Part shown: one piece after another, positions 1 to 12,510 of the stretch
How the letters are laid out: every line of letters begins with the position of its first letter
Position numbering within the stretch: position 1 is the first letter of the stretch
Origin: Sphyrna mokarran
Lineage: Eukaryota
Assembly (NCBI GenBank): GCA_024679065.1
Contig: JAGIQG010000011.1
Location: 62,496,001 to 62,560,000 of the forward strand
DNA length: 64,000 nucleotides
Direction of reading: 5' to 3'
Position numbers and translations under genes: made by a program
Notes under the pieces: generated by a model
Databases searched by the model: none
Told to the model about the DNA's origin: nothing
What the model saw: only the letters and a program-made list of their open reading frames with translations

Positions 1-179
1 TAAAGATAAAACAACACCATAAATCTCCACAATAAAAGTAAGTTCTGCACTATGTCTGAATAACCTTCTCTCTTCAGTCTATAACAACTTGTAAAAAGTG
101 TCTGGCTTTTTATGCAGGTAAATAATGGAGACAGCACTTAAATTCTTAAAATCATTTTACTGGGAGCACTCTGGCATTT

Positions 180-1150
180 TTCTTTGTTTCTCCTTTCATG
201 GAATGTGGGTATCACTGACTCGGTGGCCATTTGTCATCCATCACTAATTATCCACAAGAAGTTGGTAGCGAGCTGCTTTCTTGAAGGCTGCGGTCAATGT
301 AGTGGATGTAGAGCCACAGTGCTGTTAGAAGGGAGTGCTCTAGGCATTACACTCAATGACAGTGATGGAATGGTGATATCGTTCCAAATCAGCGCGTGTG
401 GCTTGAAGGGGAACTTGCAGGTGGTGGTGTTCCTATGTGTCTAAAACATTAGTGACTGCAGTTTTGGAAGTGCTGGTGAGGGAGGATTGATAGGTTGTTG
501 CAGTGAATCATGTAGATGGTACACACTTTTCCCAATACGTGTTGGTGGTGGCAGGACCAAAATGTATAAGGTGTTGAACGGGGTGTCAAATAAATGGGTT
601 GATTTGTCCTGGCTGATGTTGAACTTCAAGTGTGTTTAAAGATACAGTCATCCAGGCTAGTGGAGAGTATTCCAATATACCCTTGACTTGTACCTTGATG
701 GTGGACAAGGCTTTGGGAAGTCAGGAAGCAATTTAGTTGTTGCAGAATTCCCAGCCGCTGACCTGCTCTTGTAGCCACAATATTTATACAGCTAGTCCAG
801 TTCATTTTCTGATCGATAATAAAAACTCACCCCTCCCCCACCCCCTCCAGATTGTTGATAGTGGGGGATTCAGAGATGGTAATGCCACTGAAAGTCAAGG
901 GGAGATGTTTGGATTCTTTTTTGTTAGAGATGATCATTGCCTGGTACTTGTGCAGCACAAATGTTGCTCACCATTCATCAGCCCAAGCCTGAACATTGCC
1001 CATGTCTTGCTGTATTTGGACATACTGATGGCCATCAGTGTCTGATGTACTGAACATTGTGTACTTATCAGCAATCATCCCTGCTCCTGATTCTAAGATG
1101 GAAGGAAGGTCATTGATAAAGCAGCTGAAGATGATTGGGTCTAGGGCATT
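180..1150 (-). mobile_element. 3' fragment of a CR1/L2-clade LINE (decayed RT C-terminus plus 3' tail)
   Basis: Minus strand near 1050-1140 reads PIIFSCFINDLPSILESGAGMIADKYTMFST, a decayed RT (F/Y)ADD region. The 3' end at ~180-260 resembles the tail of the SINE at 22575-22955. Stops and frameshifts throughout. Confidence 0.8.
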
Positions 1151-1152
1151 AC

Positions 1153-1250
1153 GTGGACTTCACAACACATGACAGCACAGAGTCGCTGAGCAGAGACTGA
1201 TAGCCAAGTTCCGCAAACATGAGGATGGCCTCAACTGAGATCTTGGATTT
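1153..1250 (+). mobile_element. Penelope-like element fragment, GIY-YIG endonuclease C-terminus
   Basis: Translates GLHNT*QHRVAEQRLIAKFRKHEDGLN*DLGF, matching the 'E..LI..F.T...GLN' end of PLE endonucleases. The stops are TGA, consistent with CGA decay. Confidence 0.75.
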
Positions 1251-1254
1251 AATG

Positions 1255-2100
1255 GAAAGTACTAGAGTGCAGACAATATGACCAAAGGAAATAAAATTAA
1301 TTTCAAGTTAGATACTGGAGCAGGAGTTTCAGTTCTTTCAGACATGGAAAGCAAGAATCCTTCCAGTGACTGATATGACTCCACAATCCAGGAGGCATTC
1401 AGCTGAAGGTGAAAAGTTTGTTTATTTATTTAATTAGTGTCACAAGTAGACTGACATTAACATTACAATGATGTTACTGTGAAAATCCCCTAGTTGCCAC
1501 ACTCCAGCACCTGTTTGGGTACTCCGAGAATTTAGCATGGTCAGTGCACCTAACTAGCACATCTCTTAGACTGTGAAAGGAAACTGGAGTACTCAAAGGA
1601 ACCCCTGCAGACATGGGGAGAACATGTAGGCTCCTCACAGAAAGTGACCCAAACTGGGAATTGAACCCAGGTCTCTGATGCTGTAAGGCAGCAGTGCTAA
1701 CCACTGTGCCATCATACTGCCCCAGATGCCAAGATACATCACAAAGGAAGATGCTTCAGACAAATTTCATGTGTGACCAAAGATCAAGAATGTTCACTGC
1801 TAAGTTGGAAAGCTTGCACAGATTTACAATTCATCTATGAGGTAGACTAACTGGAAAGTCAAAATATGCTGAAAGAATTCAGACAGAATCTCCAAAGTTA
1901 TTCAGAGGTTTTCAAAATATTGAAGCAAATATCAAGCAGAGTCTGTTAGGATCACCTGTAAACTTTTAGAATACCAGGTAGAAGATTTCCCATGAATAGC
2001 AGCTGACACTCCCCAAAAAGGATGTGAAGTCAACTTTGCTGGCAAACAGGGGCCTGAAAGACTGTGATGGCAAAAATCAGTTTCAGAACAATAGCAGAAT
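1255..2100 (+). mobile_element. Gypsy-type LTR retrotransposon pol relic (aspartyl protease), split by a SINE
   Basis: KINFKLDTGAGVSVLSD with the DTG catalytic motif at 1311-1319. The frame resumes after the SINE as DAKIHHKGRCFRQISCVTKDQECSLLSWKACTDLQFIYEVD*. Confidence 0.7.
1413..1722 (-). mobile_element. HE1-like V-SINE, tail type B
   Basis: Reverse complement has a tRNA-like head (TGGCACAGTGGTTAGCA A-box, GGTTCAATTCC B-box), a V-domain core and the tail GGGGATTTTCACAGTAAC...CTTGTGACACTAAT. Confidence 0.85.
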
Positions 2101-2829
2101 TATTGTATTATGTTCCTTCATGATGTGAAGTCTGCAAAGGAGGAACACTATGTTGAGAGTACATACATAATATTTATATGCTCAGAATTACAGGACCAAT
2201 TACTAATTGTAATTTATGAATGAAAAACAGCTACAACTAACTTAATCTATAGTCTGGTAAACATTTTCATTTTTAACTTCTTAGATCATTAGAAATGGAG
2301 ACAATTAGGAAATTTATCATCAATATGTTCAGTTCAAGGCATATTGATGCTTTAAAACCAATTAACCTTTTCAATGTTTGGAGATATTAAAATTCTATTA
2401 TATTGAAATTGTGCTCTAGATAAAATGTCATGTGTGACTAACTATGCACTTTCAATCAGTACCAACTGGGCTGTGCATATTTTGGCGACTTAACATTGCA
2501 GCACAGTTAGGATATGTGTGGCAATGAAAACCCTGCCATAATGAATTGCGTTAAGAACTCACTTTATGTAGAGGTTAATCAGCAAAATCCAACCAATATA
2601 GCATTCTCATCACATAATGCATTAAGTGTCACAACACTGGTTCAAACCTTCTAATTAAGAAAGGCATATAAAAAAATGTTGGCCTGAACTACCCTCCTTT
2701 CTTTTCTACACTCTACATGATCTCCCTGAGGCCTGCTGCCAGCAGAAAATCCTGCCCGAAGTCTATGCTGCACAATATCCAAAGTTAACAGGTATTTGAA
2801 CATAACCCAACATCATGACACACCATAAT

Positions 2830-3212
2830 TACTTGGTGCCTTTCAGGGTCTGATAAGCGTCCCAAAGCACTTCACAGCGGATAAAATGTTTTTGAAGTGT
2901 AGTCACTGTTGCATAAAAAAACACAGCCATTTTACACACAAAAAGCTCCCTCAAACAGCAATGTGATAACAACTAGCCAAACTAATTTTTTTACGATGAT
3001 GTATGAGGGGTAACATTCTTGTTCTCCTTCAAAACAGTATCACAGATTCTTGATGTCCATTGAAGGGGCATGCAGCATCTCATCCAAAATACAGCACTCC
3101 CTCCATATACAAAGCATATCATTCTTGAATTCCATGCTCCATTGGGAATTGAACCTATAACCTTCTGACTCAGAGGTGGGAAGGTTACCAGCCGAGCTAT
3201 ATCTGACACCAG
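2830..3212 (-). mobile_element. Deu-domain SINE (SacSINE1-like)
   Basis: Reverse complement has a tRNA-like head (TAGCTCGGCTGG...GGTTCAATTCC) and a 3' part CACATTGCTGTTTGAGGGAGC...ACACTTCAAAAA...GTGAAGTGCTTTGGGACG, which recurs at 40610-41655. Confidence 0.7.
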
Positions 3213-3749
3213 CAAGATCTGTAAAAACTTTCCTCCAATCTTTAATATCCTGAGCGTATTTGGTACTTAACCTGGAAAGAACTGAAGGTAGTATTTGGAT
3301 TCTTCACATTATTTTATTAAACCATGGCATATTTTTTGAACGTCAAATAGCATCAGATCCACAGTAAACAAATTCTACCGATGAGATTGTCTGAGAGATA
3401 GAGGACTACAAGCAAGATAAACAATATAGGAAACTCACTATTAACATTAAGGATGAATATTTTAGAAAGATTAACGTGCACCTACTTAGATCTTGTATTT
3501 GTGGTAGAGGTATGCGCTTAATTACATGAGCATCTCTTATGATATTGTAACAGTCTCAATTATCAGGAAAAAGTGACCATTTGTTTTGAACTAATTCATA
3601 TACATTTGTTTTTTGGGTGAACATTCTGAATGCTTTCACTTTATCAATGGAAACAAAAGCCTTGCAGGTTTTCAAAAATAAATATCAATTTGAATTTGAT
3701 GACTGCCGATAAAAAATAATTTGAATGAATATTGCATCTTTTATATTCT

Positions 3750-4065
3750 TAGGCTGTCCCACAGTGCTTCACGTTCAATACAATAATTTTGATTGCAGTA
3801 AGTGTGGTCATGAAAGCAAAAGTCAGTTTTTCCACATAGCAGGCCCCATACATAATCCCCCTTTTGGTGATGTTCCACAACTTTCCTCAGCTTTTTCAAA
3901 TATTGCTATGAGATCTTTTGCATCTACTGAAGTAGGCAGAAAAGGCCTCAGTTTAACCTCTCATCCAACAATTCAATACTCAGTTCTGCAATGAAATGTC
4001 AGTCAAGATTATGGGTTCAAATCTCTAGAGCGAGTCCTTGCTCTCGACCTTCTGACTGATCAAAG
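3750..4065 (-). mobile_element. Decayed Deu-domain SINE
   Basis: Degenerate similarity to 2830-3212 (GGCCTCAGTTTAAC, GACCTTCTGACT head remnant). Confidence 0.5.
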
Positions 4066-4827
4066 CTGTTAAAATGGTATCATTCCAAGCCCCCCCCGCA
4101 GCCAACTATCATGATTAAGACAAAGAAACAGCAGATTTGTACATCATACAGTATTCAATGTTGTAATCATTTAGTTTACAGTATAATGAAAATATGCTAT
4201 TATTGAGATGAAACCATTTAAAGATGAATTATTTGATTTCTAGGACCAAGTGCATTGAATAGCACTGATGAAGAAAATATCTACAATATTCAACTGGTCA
4301 CACATGAAAATTTAAAAAAAAGGTTAGCTGACTAAAATATATACCGGTAACGTGAAGAAATTCTTATTCGATTACTTTTTTTCATTGTAAAATTTGGATC
4401 AATTTTGAATTGTTTTATACCGTAGTGAGCCTGCAACAACTAATAGCATCTCCTTTCATTTGCAAATTTGTCTCATTACTTTATGCAACTTTATTTAATC
4501 CAAAGAGAGAATGACTGATGTTCAATTTCCTGCCTTTTGAACCAACAGTATCCTTTAAACTTGCAAAGGTCTGTTGATTTTGGGCGGGATTTTCTAGTTT
4601 TGGGGCGAGTGCAACTGGAAAATCATATCCATTGTGCCTCCAATTACCGTATTCTTTTAAAACCTGCATCAGTTTTCCATGGGAAATAAGTCTTAAATCT
4701 GAAATGTTATCAGAATGCAAGGGTGCCATTTTTGCTTTGGTGCATAGTATATGCAAATAGAAAAACTAAATAAGTCAGGTTACTTCTTTAACGAGCCACA
4801 TATAATTTACTCAGCCATTGTTTTAAG

Positions 4828-5215
4828 TTAAAAACAAAATACTGCAGATGATGGAGACCTGAAATAAAAATAGAAAGTGAAGAAAGCATATAAAACATAA
4901 AGTCTAGCAGCATCTGTGGAAGCCATGACGTGGAGATGCCAGTTTGGACTGGGGGAAGCACCGTAAGAAGTCTCACAACAGCAGGTTAAAGTCCAACAGG
5001 TTTATTTAGTAGCACAAGCTTTTGGAATGACACTCCTTCTTCAGGTGAAGAAGTGACATTTCAAAAGCTTGTGCTACCAAATAGACCTGTTGGACTTTAA
5101 CCTGCTGTTGTGAGACTTCTTACTGAGCATCTATGGAGACAGACTTAACAGTCAAATGTGACTCAAAGAAGAGTCATATTGGACTTGAAACGTTAACTGT
5201 GTTTGCTTTCCAGAG
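4828..5215. mobile_element. Penelope pLTR-type repeat with a second Penelope-type palindromic insert nested inside
   Basis: Host AAAACAAAATACTGCAGATG...CAGCATCTGTGGA (4828-4920) resumes at 5126. The insert at 4921-5125 contains a long inverted repeat. Host family recurs at 29926-30250, insert family at 45677-45830. Confidence 0.7.
4963..5123. repeat. Long inverted repeat, ~77-bp arms, 7-nt spacer
   Basis: GTAAGAAGTCTCACAACAGCAGGTTAAAGTCCAACAGG... at 4963-5039 and its reverse complement at 5047-5123, with few mismatches. Confidence 0.95.
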
Positions 5216-5569
5216 CATTAGTTGTGAAGAATCTAAGATAAGTCAATAACAGAAAATAGCAGTGACAAAATAAAACTAAGTAATTGTTCCTTTCCAACAT
5301 TCTATAGCAAAGCACCAAAAGCATCTCAATATTAATCTATTACAACGTTCATAATATAACTGGCCAAATTCATGCTCCTGAAAATGCAGTAATGAGCATA
5401 TTGTACAGAGTGTTTCACTCTTTTACATATTATTCTCATTCTTAACCAGATATATTCAGGGCCTTTAAAAAAACAATTAGAAATCATTGACTGATTTTAA
5501 AGAGAGGCTATTCTACACAACAACTGGTGCTGACAGTGGTAGCGAGATGGATTCATAGCAATGTAGAAA

Positions 5570-6240
5570 CATAGACAATAGGAAGAATAGGTCATTTGGC
5601 CTTTTGAGCCTGCTCTACCATTCAACATGATCATGGCTAATCCTCTTATCTAAATGTCAAATTCCAGCATTCTCCCCATACCACTTGACAGCTTTAAAGT
5701 GTAGATATCTATCAATTTCCTTCTTCAATCTTTAATATATTTAGTGATTTGGTCTTCACAGCTTTGTGTGGTTATTTCTGAACAACCGTGGAATTCAATA
5801 GATTCACCATCCTGTGAATGAAGAAGTTTCTCCTCATCTCAGTTCTAACTGGCCTATCCAATATCCTGAGACTTGTTCCAGAACCTCCAGCCACAAGAAA
5901 CAACATCCCTATCAGGCCTGACAGAATTGTTTCAATTAGATCCCCTTTCATTCTTCTAAATCCCAATGAATATAAGCGCAATCTCTCCTTATACTAGAGC
6001 TCTGCATCCCAGAAATCAGTCTGGTGAACCTTCATGGCACTCCCTGTTTGGGAAGTATATCCTTTCTTAGATAAGGTGATCAAAACTCACCTTATGCGGT
6101 CTCACCAAGGCACAGTAATATACCTTTGCTTCTGTTCTTATGCTCTCTTGTAATGAAGGCCAAGGTACCACCTACCTGCTTGCTGTATACATGGTGTATC
6201 AAGACACCCAGTTCCCTTTGGACATCCCAAACAAACACCA
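5570..6240 (-). mobile_element. CR1 LINE 3' fragment, decayed
   Basis: ORF 5772-5981 LYSLGFRRMKGDLIET...MRRNFFIHRMVNLLNS matches the CR1 ORF2 C-terminus. TTTCTA-type tail near 5570. Confidence 0.85.
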
Positions 6241-6259
6241 TTTAATTCAACTGTATTTA

Positions 6260-7427
6260 AGAGTTACCATCTCAGCCAATGCTATTACTGGACAGTCATA
6301 TCCTGAATGGAACCCTGATTCAACAGGCCATAAAACCTAGAGACATGGATCGGCAGAGTAACATGAATAACAATTAAAGTTTAACAAAAGAATAAAACAT
6401 TTATTAAATTTGAAAAAAATTGACCAACATAATACTGCTTCACCCCACTTATATGTTTACAGATATAAACACATTTTTTAAGGATAACACAATTTACAAA
6501 ATACACCTTACACTGTTATGTTCTCAGTAAATAAACAGTCCATGTAAAGCAATAAGCCAACTCTGTAAGACATACCTTACTCTGAAACCAAGTGATAAAT
6601 GCCACTTGATACAACTTACACAGATCTTTCTTCAAATGCCCCCAGAGGCTTCCCTCATTGAAACTATAACTTCCATGAGTTTCATTTCAGAACTCCACTC
6701 TCAGAAAAACACACTTAGGAATCTTCCCCCAAGCAATACTTTCTCTCTGATGTCTTTACCAAGGATTCACTTCCAGGATTTCAATCTCTCCTTTCAGTAA
6801 TCCTCTTCCTTGGATTGTGTGCATTCAGCATTCAAGAATCTATACAATTTTCCAAGGACTCAGCCATGCCAACAGGACATCAATACTTCATAAGCTGTTT
6901 TAAGGTGTCACCAACCTTGTGATTTATCTTTGATACCTGGTTCCCAACTTTAAGTCTGTCACTGCAGCTGTTTTTAAAACTCAGAGGACTTTTGCTGCTT
7001 GTTATTTCATTCCACCCCTTGTTCACCATCTTCTTTGTTCATTTAACTTAACTGTCTTCCTGATGTGTTTTTGCATCAACTCCCTGGTTTCTTTGGATCA
7101 TTGGGAAATCTGCTTTTTCCAGCTCTCTTGTCCTCTACAAGGTCTTCTGGGTCCAACTTAAAACTAAAACACAATGTTTTTCTAACCAACGCCTAATCTT
7201 TCTTTAACCTTGTTTATTTTCATTTCATAAGTCCTTTAATCACAACACAGGCACATTTTGAGCATGAAACCAAAATCTATAAACATGCAGGAACCTTTGT
7301 TTAACAGGAGCTAACTGAGATTATAACTATAACTATACCACAGAATTAAATTTGCTTCAAGCGATAAGTTATTTCCAAAACCACAAATACAAATATATAT
7401 TACTTAAAACTGTCCTGTTTCCTGATA
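6260..7427. repeat. Possible solo LTR or unclassified repeat
   Basis: Compositionally distinct ~1.15 kb block with ends resembling TGTTA...TAACA, a minus-strand AATAAA near 6400, and no coding motif. Confidence 0.3.
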
Positions 7428-7479
7428 TGATGCTTATGTTGTATCCCTAAATCCTGCTTCAAATTACATTAACAATTTA

Positions 7480-8070
7480 AATTGCTTACTTTGACCCACA
7501 TGAACTGTATCCCTCAAGTATTCTAGGAATTTGTTCTCCAACAAAAAAAAAACAATTAATAACTCTTTGCCATTTAAAGCCTTGGTCCCAGAAGAACCTG
7601 CAACACTCTTCTCTGAAGTATTTGTGAATAATGTTATTATCTGCACCAATGAGTAATGCAGGGTTAAGAAAACTGATCATGATTTACGTCCCCAGGATTA
7701 CTCTCATTAATTGATTCGTCTTCCTGTTAATCGTTTTACATTGACTGGATACTTCCAGTGGGCGGTTGATAATCAGCCCCAAAACCTTTCCCATTCTTTG
7801 TAATGGATGGCCGTTAAAAGGAGTGCATTTCATATTTCCTGTACCAATGTACATTATCTTACATTCATTCACATTAAAATCCATCTGGCATTTCATAGCC
7901 CATCCACTTAATTGATCCAAATTCTTCTAAATGCAATAAATCTCCCTTAAACTAGTCACCTGGTCACAAAGTTTGATGCCATCTGCAAATTTTATAATAC
8001 TTTAATAATTATATTATATTACGAAATTACCCATTATATTGCTCATGGGTGACAGTGAGCCAGAGGATTC
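7480..8070 (-). mobile_element. Old CR1 RT fragment
   Basis: ORF 7684-7920 LDQLSGWAMKCQMDFNVNECKIMYIG follows a KFADG motif near 7980. Confidence 0.75.
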
Positions 8071-8557
8071 AAGGTTAGGTTCTGGGATAAAAAAAAAACA
8101 GAACATTTTTAATTATATGAGCTGAACCTGCCAGCTGCCAAGCAGGCTCTTTATATTACAGTGAACTATGCACAATACATACAGATATTAAACAGAAATA
8201 GTTTGAAAAGCAATACAACTGTTACGAAATTGGTAACTTTCACTCCTTGATATTAGAAATTAGAAAATTCTTTCTTCAAAAACGTCTAGGCATTTTTGTA
8301 TTGAATAAGTGTTGCTTTATAAATGCCCAGATCAGAGTTTTGTTAACATTTTGTGGCCAACTAGCTGTTGCACACTGCTACAATGCACAAATAACACTAG
8401 TGGTATTTTCCATTAACAAGATGCTGCTGTCAAGCCAAAATGAAGATAGATATGTGGCCTGTACATCCCAAAGACTAGTGGATTGCATCAAACAGCACGT
8501 TCCTTCTGCCGTTCACAACAAACAAGGTACACACTATATCAGACCAAATATACACTA

Positions 8558-8866
8558 TGGGTTGCACCGTGGCACAGTGGTTAGCACTGCTGTCTCACAG
8601 TACTAGGGACCCAAGTTTGATTCCAGACTCAGGTGACTGTGTGGAGTTTGCATGTTCTTCCCTTGTTGGCGTTGGTTTCCTCTGTGCGCTCCAGTTTCCT
8701 CCCACAGTTCAAAGGTCTGCGAGTTTGATTAATTGGCCACGCTAAATTGCCTTTAGAGTCAGGGGATTAACAGCGTAAATACATGGTGTAACAGGGATAG
8801 TGCCTGGGTAGGATTGTTGCAGATGCAGGCTTAAAGGACTCTCCTTCTGCTTGGAAGAATTTTATG
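8558..8866 (+). mobile_element. HE1-like V-SINE, CR1-type tail
   Basis: GTGGCACAGTGGTTAGCACTGCTG head; GGAGTTTGCATGTTCT...TTTCCTCCCACAGT V-domain. Confidence 0.9.
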
Positions 8867-8962
8867 GTCTTATATCATGCTTGCAAGACTCAAAACACAG
8901 TGCACAACATTAATTGTACTTGCATGATTGGACAACATTTACTAAATAATCCTTGCTGTGAA

Positions 8963-9282
8963 ACATAGAAACCCTATAGTGCAGAAGGCCTACCATGTCT
9001 GCACCAACAATAATCCCACCCAGACCATATCCCTGTAATTCCACATATTTACCCAGCTCATCCCTTTCACCTACACATCTCGGAACTAAGGGACAATTTA
9101 GCATGGCCAATGCACCTAACCCTACATCTTTGGATGGTGGTGGGAGGAAACCAGAGCACCTAGAGGAAACCCACCAGACACAGGGAGAATATGCAAACTC
9201 TACAAAGATGGTAATCCAAGCCAGACATTGAGCTCAGACCCCTGGAGCTGTCAGGCAGCAGTGCTAATCACTTGTGCCAACA
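8963..9282 (-). mobile_element. HE1-like V-SINE
   Basis: Reverse-complement match to the same head, V-domain and TTTCTATG tail. Lies tail-to-tail with the previous copy. Confidence 0.9.
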
Positions 9283-9464
9283 TGCTAAGCATTACATGGA
9301 TAACCAATTTAAGATAGTCAGTCAGGCTGGCAATGTGGCACATTTACATGCACTAGATGTTACATATACCAATAGACGGGGTTTTGTTGTTTGCAGACAG
9401 AAAGAACATGTATACACATTGTTTAGCCGAAATAAAACAAAGTACTTTGTTTTATTTTTACTTT

Positions 9465-9598
9465 CAAGCGATTATTGGATAGGGACACAGAAGACACCAG
9501 AATGATGGGAAGGGGGGTAGCTTGGTCTTGGTTTTGAACAAACTCGACACAACATTGAGGGCTGAAGGACCTGTACTGTTCTATTCTATACTCTATAT
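9465..9598 (+). mobile_element. CR1 3' tail
   Basis: CACAACATTGAGGGCTGAAGGACCTGTACTGTTCTATTCTATAC, the same tail as 15434 and 54180. Confidence 0.75.
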
Positions 9599-10499
9599 TT
9601 TCATTCTTAAAAGAGGACATGCATATTTTAACTCATTTAACCATCATCCATGCACATACAGTACAGCATGTAGGAATCAGGAAAGTTCTGCAATATATAA
9701 CGTGACTTATGAATACCATAAAAATGCATGAACAAAGGAATGGAATATACAGAGTCAGAATCATTCAACAACAAAAAACCTTTGAAAATTAACTTTGGAA
9801 GGATGACCAGCTTTGCATGTGAAGGTTGGTTGGTGTGAAGTATTAGCTGGATAACCACCGAAGATGGAGGCAACTTGAGCATATTGTAATTACTTACCCC
9901 AAAATTCTGCAGTCTTTTGAGTTGCCCAGTTGGCTTATACAAGGATTATGCAATATCTTTTGGCACAGATATAGAGGACATTCCAGGTCTGTGCATCATT
10001 GGAATCCACATGACAAAATGCAGATATCTAATTCAGGACTAGTGAATTAGATAATGACATGCTATTAAACGCATAAAACTTTGTGTGTAGACCAGTATTT
10101 CCAAACAACAGGGGATTGTAGCAATGACTCCTGCATCGGTCATGTGTTAGAAACTTTGGAATAAAATGAGCAGATTGATTAAGATTAACCAACCAAAATC
10201 AAGCCTTTCTTCCATCTCATGCCAAGGTTTCTCCCATACTATCACTTAGAAAATGCTGACTATTGCTGATGTACACATCCACAGATCCAAAATTCCCTTT
10301 GATACCTATGCAGATTTTTGACATTGAATGATGCACATCATTGCTGAACCCCTACTATCTTTCTGTAGCAGTCATCTGTATCAACACAGACATTTGGCAT
10401 GGGATCAAATTTGGTGTCTTCCTACTTGTGTGACTAAGTTATTCACTGGGTGTACTAGCTGAACCATTAGAATATTATATCCATTTCTAAGCACTGCAT

Positions 10500-10780
10500 T
10501 TGAGGGAGGATATAAATTCATTGGACTGGACATAGAAAGAGGGATAATCTGGGATAACTTGAGAAGGCTAAGAGAAGATTTAATTTAGCTATTCAATATC
10601 ATTAAGATTTAGAAAAGTAAATACTGAGGAATGCTTTCAAAATTCAAAGGATTGATAACAAGAGGATACAGAGTTAGAAATGATAATCAATGCAGGCAAT
10701 GAGTGCCTTGCCTGCTAGTTGAAGAGTCAGTGAGAGTCCCACATTGCCTATTTTAGGGAAGACTCACCAAATTATGTATG
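10500..10780 (+). mobile_element. Highly decayed CR1 3' fragment
   Basis: GAGAAGGCTAAGAGAAGATTTAAT and ACAAGAGGATACAG correspond to the RRLRGDL and TRGH motifs. Confidence 0.5.
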
Positions 10781-11299
10781 AGTCAGACACTCAGACAGAC
10801 AGAGACAGGCCTTCCTCAGGATCAAGAACCCAGGGAGCAGTAGTCCTACCTTCTGAAAGCTGTTGACTAATCAGAGATTGGCAGCTCTATTAAAAGTCAA
10901 TGCCACCAGCAAAGGTGGTGGGTACAACTACTACATACCCACCTGACCAATGATCTGGAATCTAATGACAATGCTAGACCTGAGTGATATCAGAATGGGA
11001 GAGAGTGTGCTCTCAGTGGGCCACCCACCAACTTCCCCCCCATTCCTGATGCAAGTCCCTTGATTAGGCACTGAGTGCCTTTGAACAAGGCCAGCAACCT
11101 TACCACCAGTCACCCCCTCCCCTCCCCCACCACCAGGGAATCAGGGAGTTCACAAGCAAGCCCCACAAGCTCCCCACCCAGAGATGGGTCAGTTAGCAGC
11201 TGGGTGGGGGGGGGTGGAATTGCCCTTTGACCTTCCTCCCATAAGAAGGCAGCAGGATCTCCACCTGCCATTAACACAAATGTTTAAATGCCACAGGGA

Positions 11300-11560
11300 A
11301 GGGCATCAACTTCAGCCCGTGAGGTGATTAGAAAAGGAATCAGAGTTAATGTGTAGACAAATTTCTTCCTGTAACAAATGGTTAGGATTTGGACTGGACT
11401 GCCTGATAGGATGCCAAGAGCACCTTTAAAACCAGAACTGGATAAATGATTGAAGCAGAGGCAAAATAAAAATCCCAGGATGACGGGGAAAGAGCAGGGG
11501 AGAGGACCAACTGAAGGGAGCCACACAGACTAGACTCCATCTGTGCTGCATTTTTCCATG
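11300..11560 (+). mobile_element. CR1 3' fragment
   Basis: AATTTCTTCCTGTAACAAATGGTTAGGATTTGGACTGGACTGCC corresponds to the NFF..RVV..WN.LP motif, followed by 3' UTR. Confidence 0.65.
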
Positions 11561-12199
11561 GTTTCACAAGTGCCCGCGTTTCTCTCAGGCAGTCTGGCCA
11601 GCAACGCTCCATGTCAAAATATACACGGCGCACTAAATTAATAACGAGAAGCCAACAGATTCTCATCATGTGAAGGCTGTCTATAAGGAATTGCATTGAA
11701 CATGATGGATGTTATTTCACTTCCACTCTGAATAAACATGAGGAGAGATCTTTATCACAGCTGTTTTTCCAAGTCAGATTCTAGATGCTATAACTTAACA
11801 TTTTGCTGAATGTATATGCCAGAAAATCAAGTTCATAGTCAATGTCTTGTTTTCTTCAATGAAACATTCCCCACGTACCAAAAATAGATTTTGATAGCAA
11901 GATCTCGGCAAAATAGAGAAAGAAAAATCACATCTACAAACATGACCAGGGATTTTGAATTTCATACAAATCTGTAAATCCTATAAGCATCTTACTACAA
12001 CTATCAAATCTTCGATAAATTTATTTTGTATTCATTGTACAATAATATATAAATCCCTAATAATCTGTCTCTATTATAATCCAGTAAAATTAAAACGGTC
12101 CAAATAAAATTCAGGTTAAAACAATAATTGGTCTTTTTCTGACTCAATAATTAACTCTTACAGAATTTTAAGACATTTGATTAGAATTCACTCGGTTTG

Positions 12200-12510
12200 A
12201 GAATATCAGAATCCTTACAGAGCAGAAAGAGACTATTTAGCCCAGTAAGCCTGCACTGACAGTAATCTGACCCATGCCCTTTCCCTGTAGCCCCACATAT
12301 TAACCCCTGATGCTAAAGGACAATTTAGCATGGCCAATCTATCTGCACATCTTTGGATTGTGGGAGGAAACCAGAGCACCTGGAGGAAATCTAAGTAGAC
12401 ATGGGGAGAACGAGCAGACTCCAGATAGACAGTTATGCCAGGCTGGAATTGAACCTGGGTCCCTGGCATTGTAAGGTAGCAGTGCTAAACACTGTATGAC
12501 CGTGCCACCC
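12200..12510 (-). mobile_element. HE1-like V-SINE
   Basis: Full-length reverse-complement copy with head, V-domain and GATTCT tail. Confidence 0.9.

Larger units (their letters stand above)
8355..9430 (+). mobile_element. Penelope-like element GIY-YIG region interrupted by two SINEs
   Basis: Collinear peptides RYVACTSQRLVDCIKQHVP (8450-8510), CKTQNTVHNINCTCMIGQHLLNNP (8880-8952) and AKHYMDNQFKIVSQAGNVAHLHALDVTY...CRQKEHV (9284-9415). Same family as 28190-29580. Confidence 0.8.

Noticed and set aside
9637-9942. 101-aa minus ORF with an internal GTAAGT donor
   Set aside because: Non-ATG start, upstream in-frame stop, no acceptor, no recognisable domain.
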